Assembly (NCBI RefSeq): GCF_035285525.1
Contig: NZ_JAYKGW010000091.1
Coordinates: forward strand, 1-7,543
Source of the DNA: Okeania sp.
GTDB taxonomy: Bacteria; Cyanobacteriota; Cyanobacteriia; Cyanobacteriales; Microcoleaceae
Length of the DNA stretch: 7,543 nucleotides
Reading direction: 5' to 3'
Shown: positions 1 to 5,579 of the stretch, piece by piece
Position numbering within the stretch: position 1 is the stretch's first letter
How the letters are laid out: every line of letters starts with the position of its first letter
Translations under genes and position numbers: made by a program
Notes under the pieces: generated by a model
Databases searched by the model: none
What the model was told of the DNA's origin: nothing
Seen by the model: the letters and a program-made list of their open reading frames with translations, nothing else

Positions 1-80
1 TTCAGAGCAAGTAATCCGATTTTTAGAGATGGTTTTTCTGGTACATAGTTATTAGCACCAGGAGATGTTTTATTGATCAT
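1..80 (-). CDS. Possible 5' end of an unknown short ORF running off the left edge (MINKTSPGANNYVPEKPSLKIGLLAL...)
   Basis: ATG at 80 on the minus strand stays open for 26 codons to the window edge. There is no Shine-Dalgarno and no family I recognise. The distal part (30..1) lies inside tandem repeat A. The other copies of that repeat read ...SLKIGLLALKPKNYYQAIAHL-stop without a start codon, so this may be only about 40 codons or not coding at all. Confidence 0.2.
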   Translation of the reverse strand, partial: MINKTSPGANNYVPEKPSLKIGLLAL

Positions 81-336
81 TGATTAAATTTTTGAGTTAT
101 AGTTGACTGAGTTTGACCAGACAAATATTAATTCTGATTATTTAACATCACTATCACTAAAAAAAATTAACGATTGTCAAAAATCAATGGCTCTATTTAT
201 TTGTTGAGTTTTTTCATAAGCAATAATTAAACCTATTTTAGTCTTGAAATTTTTCTGGAAATTTTCTAGTTCAGTAATTATTTATAGGTGAGCGATCGCC
301 TGATAATAATTTTTTGGCTTCAGAGCAAGTAATCCG

Positions 337-366
337 ATTTTTAGAGATTAACTAAATTATTGTCAA
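337..366 (-). promoter_or_regulatory. Sigma70-like promoter candidate inside repeat A unit 2
   Basis: On the minus strand: -35 TTGACA (366..361), a 17-nt spacer, then TAAAAA(T) (343..337) as an imperfect -10. In unit 1 the same TTGACA (179..174) is separated from this -10 region by the 137-bp segment. Confidence 0.3.
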
Positions 367-532
367 AAATAAATAGCTTTATCTATTTGTTTAGTGATTA
401 CTTATGAAAAAACTCAACTTATATTTATTAGCTCTTAACTTTTGGTGGAAATTTTCTAGTTTAGTAATTATTTATAGGTGAGCGATCGCCTGATAATAAT
501 TTTTTGGCTTCAAATAGTAATTCTTATTATTG

Positions 533-560
533 AACTATTCAGCTATCAGCTATCAGCAAA
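533..560. repeat. Heptanucleotide STRR-like array (CAGCTAT units)
   Basis: Reads AACTATT CAGCTAT CAGCTAT CAGCAAA directly. Confidence 0.8.
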
Positions 561-760
561 TAATAAATAATTTATGATTCAATTAAAGGAGATTAATTTA
601 AGGAGTAACTTTTAATTCTCTCTCAATTTCTCAGTTGTTTTGATCTGGATCTTCAATTAATAACGGATAGCTGAATGTTGCTTGCGCAGCATTTATTAGA
701 AAATGGTTACTTAAAAATTGTTGTCAACATAAAAGGTGCATCTCAACTTTGAAGTTAAGT

Positions 761-794
761 ATTCAGCTATTAGCTGACTGCTAACTGCTAATAG
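761..794. repeat. Heptanucleotide STRR-like array
   Basis: Reads CAGCTAT TAGCTGA CTGCTAA CTGCTAA TAG. The 14-mer CTAACTGCTAATAG recurs exactly at 1736-1749. Confidence 0.75.
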
Positions 795-899
795 TCCAGC
801 AAATCTACAACAATAATTAAAATTAGCTGAAAATATTTTTATTTATCTTTCACTTTTTGGAGATTAATTTATCCTGACAAACAGGAAAAATTAATAACT

Positions 900-925
900 C
901 ATAGCTAATAGTTGATAACTGAATT
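900..925. repeat. Heptanucleotide STRR-like array (degenerate)
   Basis: Reads CAT AGCTAAT AGTTGAT AACTGAA T. Confidence 0.6.
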
Positions 926-931
926 ATTACT

Positions 932-1433
932 TTTGAATAAAGCCAAAAAAATGTCGCCTTGAGGGAATAAATATTAAGGCAATAAGCAATAGAAAAAAGT
1001 ATTTTTATCTCTATGAAATGCACCCAAAATAAAAAGTTTATAATATAGTAATTGCCATTATATATCTTGAATTATGGAATAGCTGAAAAATGGGATATGA
1101 ATAATTAATATTTTGACCTACTGGGCGGATATCAACTTTGAATAAAGCCAAAAAATTACCCAACAATTAATAATTAATAGTTAATAATTAATAATCAAGA
1201 ATTTATAGTCAATAATTATTCATTCAACAATTCGCGCCTTGAAGCCTCCCCTTGGATAGGGCATAAATAAAAAAAATTACGATTAATCAATCCCTTTATT
1301 TTAAGAAGGGGTAATTATTAATTATTAATTTTTTATTGTTAATTGCTGAACGCTTTTAGGGAACACTTAACTGGGAACAGATATGGAATAAATAAGACGA
1401 AAAAAGTATTTTTGCGATCTATGAGATGCACCC
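932..1433. repeat. Repeat family C: reiterated modules in the same order
   Basis: TTTGAATAAAGCCAAAAAA is exact at 932-950 and 1137-1155. CGCCTTGA...GGG(A/C)ATAAATA occurs at 955-973 and 1235-1269. GAAAAAAGTATTTTT..ATCTATGA(A/G)ATGCACCC occurs at 992-1025 and 1399-1433. AT-only TAATAAT-type low complexity lies in between. Confidence 0.7.
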
Positions 1434-1590
1434 GACTTACTGTTATAAAATTAGTCAGTATCCAACTATTGGTATTTTCTGTGGAATGCTACTCAAACAG
1501 CTTTTGAACTTAATAACTTACTAAGGTTAGTTGATAACCAATTTAATTCATAATCTTACTTTTAAATTATTTTAATAAACTAATTCCTGA

Positions 1591-1619
1591 TGACCAGATA
1601 ATAATTTAATAATTATTAT
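1591..1619 (+). promoter_or_regulatory. Promoter-like element in repeat D unit 1
   Basis: TGACCA (1591-1596), 17-nt spacer, TATTAT (1614-1619). The -10 lies in the best conserved block of the repeat. Confidence 0.3.
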
Positions 1620-1640
1620 GGTAATCGTAAATTGTTTATG

Positions 1641-1677
1641 AAAAAAAACGGTATGGGTTTGGAGACCAAACCTCTAC
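1641..1677 (-). terminator. Hairpin plus U-tract with intrinsic-terminator shape for leftward transcripts (repeat D unit 1)
   Basis: Stem GGTTTGG (1656-1662) pairs with CCAAACC (1666-1672) and is extended by GTA/TAC (1651-1653 / 1675-1677). On the minus strand it is followed after 2 nt by T8 (A8 at 1641-1648 on +). There is no T-run on the + strand. Confidence 0.35.
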
Positions 1678-1732
1678 GATAAAAAAAGTAAAGTCTCTTA
1701 ACCTTAGAATAAATTATTCATTACTTACGCTT

Positions 1733-1760
1733 TTGCTAACTGCTAATAGCTGAATGCTTA
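1733..1760. repeat. Heptanucleotide STRR-like array inside repeat D unit 1
   Basis: Reads TTGCTAA CTGCTAA TAGCTGA ATGCTTA. Confidence 0.7.
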
Positions 1761-1854
1761 CACTTTAGTATTTCAACCCTGTGGGTTTAGCCAGAATATT
1801 AACCGATAACTCAAATGACCTTACCTTTAATTATTCTAGAAAACTAATTCCCTA

Positions 1855-1883
1855 TTCCCAGATCATGATTTAATAATTATTAT
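1855..1883 (+). promoter_or_regulatory. Promoter-like element in repeat D unit 2; a possible distal cysS promoter
   Basis: TTCCCA (1855-1860), 17-nt spacer, TATTAT (1878-1883). It sits about 150 nt upstream of the cysS ATG. Confidence 0.3.
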
Positions 1884-1904
1884 GGTAATCATAAATTGTT
1901 TGTG

Positions 1905-1938
1905 AAAAAAACTGTAGGGTTGGGAAACCAAACCCCTA
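1905..1938 (-). terminator. Hairpin plus U-tract with intrinsic-terminator shape for leftward transcripts (repeat D unit 2)
   Basis: TAGGGTTGG (1915-1923), GAAA loop, CCAAACCCCTA (1928-1938) with two bulges. On the minus strand it is followed after 3 nt by T7 (A7 at 1905-1911 on +). Confidence 0.35.
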
Positions 1939-1966
1939 AGAGAAAATATTAAAACCTATTTAAGAT

Positions 1967-1975
1967 TGCTATAAT
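1967..1975 (+). promoter_or_regulatory. Extended -10 promoter candidate for cysS (TGcTATAAT)
   Basis: TG at 1967-1968, one nt, then a perfect TATAAT at 1970-1975, 55 nt upstream of the cysS ATG. It is part of the recurring motif RGATTGCTATA. Confidence 0.45.
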
Positions 1976-2029
1976 TAATGGCTAAATGCTTACTAATTAA
2001 GATTAGAAAAAACTATCTAAAATTACTAT

Positions 2030-3496
2030 ATGACTCTCAAACTATACAACTCACTAACTCGCCAAGAAGAAAACTTTGAATCTCTAGAAACAGGCAAAAT
2101 TAAAATGTATATCTGTGGCGTTACAGTATACGATTATTGTCATTTAGGTCATGCTCGTTCCTATATAGTATGGGATACAATCCGCCGATATTTAATGTGG
2201 CAAGGTTATCAGGTACGATATGTGCAAAACTTTACCGATATAGATGATAAAATTCTTAATCGGGCCAGAGAAACCGGAACTTCTATGGAGTCCGTGGCCG
2301 AACGTTTTACCGAAACATACTTTGAGGACATGAAACGCTTAAATGTCCTAGAAGCAGACGAATATCCCAGAGCTACTCACGCAATAGATGGGATTAAACG
2401 ATTAATCCACGATCTAGAAGAAAAAGGCTATGCTTACCCTTCTGGAGGAGATGTCTATTATCAAGTCCGACAGTTTTCCGAATATGGGAAACTCTCTGGC
2501 CGTCGTTTAGAAGAAATGCAAGCTGGGGCAAGTGGTAGAGTAGAATCGGAAGATTCAGATACAAAAAAGAAAGACCCATTTGATTTTGCCCTCTGGAAAG
2601 CAGCAAAAATAGGGGAACCTGCATGGGAGTCTCCCTGGGGAAAAGGAAGGCCAGGTTGGCATATTGAATGTTCAGCGATGGTAAGAGATTGTTTGGGGGA
2701 AACTATAGATATTCATGCTGGGGGAGCAGACTTAATTTTTCCTCACCATGAAAATGAAATTGCTCAGTCGGAAGCTGCTACAGGAAAATCTTTGGCTAAA
2801 TATTGGCTCCATAATGGTTTTGTGACCATTGATGGAGAAAAAATGTCAAAGTCCCTAGGAAATTTTACCACAATTCGGGATTTATTGGATAGACCTGTAG
2901 ACCCAATGGCTGTCAGAATGTTTGTTTTAACTGCCCAATATCGGAAACCTATTGACTTTACTAAAGAGGCGATCGCTTCTGCTGAAAATGGTTGGAATAC
3001 TATTAAGGAAGGTTTGTTATTTGCTTATCAATATGGTTCGCAGTTGGAATGGGAAATGCCAGAACAAACCTTATCTGAAGAGGCAAATTTATTAATTTCT
3101 CAAGTGGAAAAATTCCAGAAAGCAATGGATGATGATATTAATACTCCTGGTGCTTTAGCTGTTTTATTTGAATTAGCTAAAGAGTTACGTCGAGAGGGTA
3201 ATGTTTTAGTACATGAAGGGAAAACTGAAACATCTTTAGAAGAGTTAAAAAAACAATGGGTTACTCTGGTAAAGTTGTCACAAGTATTAGGTTTAGAAGT
3301 TGAGTTAGATGGAGAAATAAGTAGTAATTATGATGGTTTAAGTGATGCTGAAATTGAGTCTTTAATTCAGCAACGTTTAGAAGCCAAAAAAGATAAAAAT
3401 TATGCTGAAGCAGACCGCATTAGAAATGAATTGCAAAACCAAGGAATTAAATTAATAGATAAGCCTGGTAGTGTAACAAATTGGCATCGAAATTAA
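2030..3496 (+). CDS. cysS: Cysteine--tRNA ligase (class I aminoacyl-tRNA synthetase)
   Basis: 488-aa ORF. The N-terminus (MTLKLYNSLTRQ...MYICGVTVYD) aligns from residue 1 with bacterial CysRS. The HIGH motif is present as CHLGHAR and KMSKS is verbatim (GEKMSKSLGNF). The zinc/cysteine-site signatures GWHIECS and FPHHENE are present. Confidence 0.97.
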   Translation: MTLKLYNSLTRQEENFESLETGKIKMYICGVTVYDYCHLGHARSYIVWDTIRRYLMWQGYQVRYVQNFTDIDDKILNRARETGTSMESVAERFTETYFEDMKRLNVLEADEYPRATHAIDGIKRLIHDLEEKGYAYPSGGDVYYQVRQFSEYGKLSGRRLEEMQAGASGRVESEDSDTKKKDPFDFALWKAAKIGEPAWESPWGKGRPGWHIECSAMVRDCLGETIDIHAGGADLIFPHHENEIAQSEAATGKSLAKYWLHNGFVTIDGEKMSKSLGNFTTIRDLLDRPVDPMAVRMFVLTAQYRKPIDFTKEAIASAENGWNTIKEGLLFAYQYGSQLEWEMPEQTLSEEANLLISQVEKFQKAMDDDINTPGALAVLFELAKELRREGNVLVHEGKTETSLEELKKQWVTLVKLSQVLGLEVELDGEISSNYDGLSDAEIESLIQQRLEAKKDKNYAEADRIRNELQNQGIKLIDKPGSVTNWHRN

Positions 3497-3530
3497 TTAA
3501 TAATTTATCATTACTTATCCCTAAAAGGGA

Positions 3531-3568
3531 GAGGATTTTTCCTTAAGGAAAAAACAAATTTTTTCCTC
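3531..3568 (+). terminator. A/T-rich alternative hairpins downstream of cysS; a weak intrinsic terminator candidate
   Basis: An 18-nt perfect palindrome TTTTTCCTTAAGGAAAAA (3536-3553) is followed by a T6 run (3559-3564). Alternatively AGGAAAAAA (3546-3554) pairs with TTTTTTCCT (3559-3567). The stems are almost all A/T, so strength is doubtful. Confidence 0.3.
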
Positions 3569-3623
3569 TGGAAATGGGAGGATTTTAGCCGGAATTATTT
3601 AATTATTTAGTAAGTATTCACCT

Positions 3624-3644
3624 ATTAACTATCAGCCATCAGCT
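3624..3644. repeat. Heptanucleotide STRR-like array
   Basis: Reads ATTAACT ATCAGCC ATCAGCT. Confidence 0.6.
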
Positions 3645-3756
3645 TTTAAATTAATCAAGCAAACATTTGCTCAACTTCTACTATACTAATATATTTTTAA
3701 TTAGAGAATTGAAGCACAATAGCGACTAGCTCTAATTAATAAACTAAAAATAATGA

Positions 3757-3787
3757 AGCTATTAGCTGATGACTGACTGCTGAATAC
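3757..3787. repeat. Heptanucleotide STRR-like array
   Basis: Reads AGCTATT AGCTGAT GACTGAC TGCTGAA TAC. Confidence 0.7.
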
Positions 3788-3927
3788 TTGTATTATTTAA
3801 TTATTAAATTAATTATTCAGTAAGCATTTCCTGGGGAATGCTGCGCAAACAGATTTTGTAAATAAATAATTATAGCGGTTTTCACAAAGGTAGACTACAA
3901 AAATTCTTCCTTTTTAACTAATAATTT

Positions 3928-5052
3928 ATGCAAATATTATCTATGAAAACTGAACAAAGAATTTCCATTTCTTTATCTAATCTACTGTTAATTATTAGCA
4001 GTGTTTTACTACTAATTATATTGTGGGAAGTACGAAATCTAATCGTATTATTGATGATTGCCGTAGTTTTAGCAGCATCAATTTCACCATTAGTAGACAT
4101 AACAGAAAGAATAAAACTGCCTCGTTGGTTCGGAGTAATTATAGTTTACTTAACCTTAATTTTAGGATTAATAAGTGTAGCCTTAACCATTGGTCCGCCA
4201 GTCTTCGATCAAATAGAAAGACTATTACGACAGTTACCATTATTTTCTGAGAGTATCAGTGATAATTTTGAAGAATTTGTAAACTCCTTACTTCAAGATC
4301 CCCCTGATTGGATAGATCAACTTTTTGATACTAAATCTGTAGTAAGCTGGGTAATTCGTTCTAGTCAACAATTATTATTACGTTCTTATAGTTTAACCAA
4401 AGATGTAGTAGGAGGCGTACTTAGTTTAATATTAGCCTTATTTATTTCAGGTTATATGGTATCTGATAATAAAACTTTAATTACCAGTATAATCAAACTT
4501 TTTCCTCAACCTTGGGATAAACGTTTAGAAGAGCAAGTTATTCCTGTTACTCACAGAATGGGAAGTTATATTAGGGGCAGAATTATAGTTTCTGGTATTT
4601 TAGGTGTAGCAACAACTACTGGTTTAGGATTTTTAGGATTGCAAGATTTTTCCCTAGGTTTAGGAGCAATAGCTGGTGTTACCAACCTGATTCCTTTTAT
4701 CGGTCCATTTCTAGGTGCAATTCCAGCTTTAATTGTAGCTGTTGCTAAAGGCGGATGGTTGTTTTTATGGGTAATAATTTTGTACTATATTATTCAAAAT
4801 ATAGAGACTTATGTACTCGATCCTTTACTTGTAGGTTCTTCTGTTGGAGTACATCCTCTGTATCAATTACTATCAGTTTTAGTAGGGATTCAATTATTAG
4901 GAATTATTGGTGCTTTAATTATTCCACCTTGGTTTGCTGGCAGTGCTGCTTTGGTAGAAAATTTATATTTAAAACCTAAACTAGAAGCAGAAAAAATGCG
5001 ATCAATAGTCACAAATAATGGGGATCATAATTCACCACCTATGCTTTCTTGA
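3928..5052 (+). CDS. AI-2E family transporter (PerM / UPF0118 / TqsA-like permease)
   Basis: 374-aa polytopic membrane protein with hydrophobic stretches along its whole length. The C-terminal half carries the family-typical GVTNLIPFIGPFLGAIPALIVA segment. The start could alternatively be the ATG at 3943 (M6). No clear Shine-Dalgarno is present. Confidence 0.88.
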   Translation: MQILSMKTEQRISISLSNLLLIISSVLLLIILWEVRNLIVLLMIAVVLAASISPLVDITERIKLPRWFGVIIVYLTLILGLISVALTIGPPVFDQIERLLRQLPLFSESISDNFEEFVNSLLQDPPDWIDQLFDTKSVVSWVIRSSQQLLLRSYSLTKDVVGGVLSLILALFISGYMVSDNKTLITSIIKLFPQPWDKRLEEQVIPVTHRMGSYIRGRIIVSGILGVATTTGLGFLGLQDFSLGLGAIAGVTNLIPFIGPFLGAIPALIVAVAKGGWLFLWVIILYYIIQNIETYVLDPLLVGSSVGVHPLYQLLSVLVGIQLLGIIGALIIPPWFAGSAALVENLYLKPKLEAEKMRSIVTNNGDHNSPPMLS

Positions 5053-5070
5053 TTAGGAAATAGGAAATAG

Positions 5071-5104
5071 GAAGAAAGTGTTTTTGCAAAAATGAGATGT
5101 CCCC
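5071..5104 (+). repeat. Third, diverged copy of the family C terminal module
   Basis: GAAGAAAGTGTTTTTGCAAAAATGAGATGTCCCC compares with GAAAAAAGTATTTTTGCGATCTATGAGATGCACCC (1399-1433). It is preceded by GGAAATAGGAAATAGG, versus GGAATAAATA in the other copies. Confidence 0.5.
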
Positions 5105-5190
5105 TTTAACTTTTTAATTAATAGTAACTTTAAAATATTTGAGAAAATCAAAAATATAACTCAAAAACTCAATATATGAACGTAAAAATT

Positions 5191-5218
5191 TAGCTATTAG
5201 CTGTCAGCTATTAGCTAT
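5191..5218. repeat. Heptanucleotide STRR-like array
   Basis: Reads TAGCTAT TAGCTGT CAGCTAT TAGCTAT. Confidence 0.8.
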
Positions 5219-5321
5219 AAAATTGAAATCTTCAACAGGAAGTTTTAATAAATTAAGGACTTGAAAACTGTTTTTTTACTCAAATTTAATTTTGTGTTTT
5301 TGAATTATTATAAACTATTTA

Positions 5322-5334
5322 GGATTGCTATATT
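5322..5334 (+). promoter_or_regulatory. GGATTGCTATATT motif; extended -10-like (TGcTATATT), rightward
   Basis: TG at 5326-5327 and hexamer TATATT at 5329-5334. An exact inverted copy lies at 5424-5436. Confidence 0.35.
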
Positions 5335-5423
5335 TTCAGTATTAAAAATCACAGAATCTCAAGAATGACAAAGATTGACTAAAAGGTGGCAAATATATTA
5401 TCATTTTTTTAATTGTGTATAAT

Positions 5424-5436
5424 AATATAGCAATCC
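5424..5436 (-). promoter_or_regulatory. GGATTGCTATATT motif; extended -10-like, leftward
   Basis: Perfect reverse complement of 5322-5334. The two copies face each other across 89 bp. Confidence 0.35.
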
Positions 5437-5526
5437 GTGCATAGGTTGTAACAAATCAAAAAGTAAATAAAAAATCTCAAACTGTTCCCTATTCTCTAAA
5501 AGAAATTTTGTACAGGAATCAAATAA

Positions 5527-5536
5527 GATTGCTATA
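5527..5536 (+). promoter_or_regulatory. GATTGCTATA motif copy (TGcTATAGC)
   Basis: The 10-mer is shared with 1964-1973 and 5323-5332. It lies upstream of the receiver/cyclase operon, with the inverted-repeat element 5580-5734 in between. Confidence 0.25.
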
Positions 5537-5579
5537 GCTTGATTAAAAACCATCAACAACACTTAGCACAATTTATTAC

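Larger units (their letters stand above)
1..512. repeat. Tandem direct repeat family A: two units plus a decayed third start; the array is cut by the left window edge
   Basis: 1-30 is identical to 319-348 (30/30). 257-322 matches 447-512 at 65/66 and includes a HIP1 site. 173-202 matches 359-388 at 26/30. Unit 1 (1-318) carries a 137-bp unit-specific segment (31-167) that is absent from unit 2 (319-512). Sequence after 512 (TTCAAATAGTAATTC) looks like a degenerate next unit start. Confidence 0.9.
1556..1993. repeat. Tandem direct repeat family D: two units with a period of about 264 bp, ending 36 bp before the cysS start codon
   Basis: Collinear blocks: AAACTAATTCC at 1577 and 1841; 1604-1648 vs 1868-1911 (42/45); hairpins at 1651-1677 and 1915-1938; GCT(G/A)AATGCTTAC at 1749 and 1981. 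Confidence 0.9.

Noticed and set aside
1-512. Tandem repeats A (and D at 1556-1993) as a possible CRISPR array
   Set aside because: The periods (about 190-320 and 264 bp) are far too long. Whole units, including the would-be spacers, are conserved. There is no short 25-40 nt repeat alternating with unique spacers, and no cas genes are present.
533-871. A fourth tandem family of about 271-bp period, based on GGAGATTAATTTA (588 and 859) and CAGCAAAT (554 and 797)
   Set aside because: It is kept only as a remark. Exact 13-mers rich in A/T are expected by chance a few times in a window of this composition, and similarity does not extend beyond these short anchors.
1013-1507. ORFs starting at the family C motif (1013-1048 MKCTQ..., 1421-1507 MRCTRLTVIKLVSIQLLVFSVECYSNSF; also 5092-5109 MRCPL)
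   Set aside because: The lengths are 11, 28 and 5 codons, with no conservation after the fourth residue. The similarity is explained by the DNA motif itself.
1587-1593. Hammerhead-ribozyme core CUGAUGA (also at 3765-3771)
   Set aside because: There is no flanking stem II followed by GAAAC, and no stems I or III. The 3765 hit is simply part of a heptamer array.
1638-1952. Small ORFs through the repeat D hairpins (1638-1682, MKKNGMGLETKPLR; 1902-1952, GTG-start KKTVGLGNQTPKRKY)
   Set aside because: Indels between the two units put the shared hairpin sequence into different reading frames, and one copy has only GTG. The conserved property is base pairing, not a peptide.
1900-2029. T-box or other known riboswitch leader upstream of cysS
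   Set aside because: T-box control of cysS is a Firmicutes feature. I see no specifier-loop or T-box sequence, nor the conserved core of any riboswitch class I know. Only a simple hairpin is present.
1-2029. Identity of the tandem units with the NsiR1 sRNA array
   Set aside because: Only the architecture (tandem units with their own promoter-like signals) is analogous. The heterocyst DIF1 motif TCCGGA is absent from the units, and I cannot match the sequence from memory.
2394-2624. 76-aa ORF antisense within cysS
   Set aside because: It lies entirely inside the strongly supported cysS frame. Its composition is low-complexity and Leu-rich, typical of antisense frames in AT-rich DNA, and it has no recognisable motif.
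3918-4100. 60-aa minus-strand ORF overlapping the start of the transporter gene
   Set aside because: It overlaps the AI-2E CDS antisense, sits at the minimum-length cutoff, and has no motif or ribosome-binding site.
4023-4250. 75-aa + strand ORF in an alternative frame inside the transporter gene
   Set aside because: It is nested out of frame in a well-supported membrane-protein CDS. Its Ser/Arg/Asn-rich sequence looks like an off-frame artefact.
4755-4979. 74-aa + strand ORF in an alternative frame inside the transporter gene
   Set aside because: The reasoning is the same as for the other nested ORFs. It overlaps the conserved C-terminal half of the AI-2E protein.
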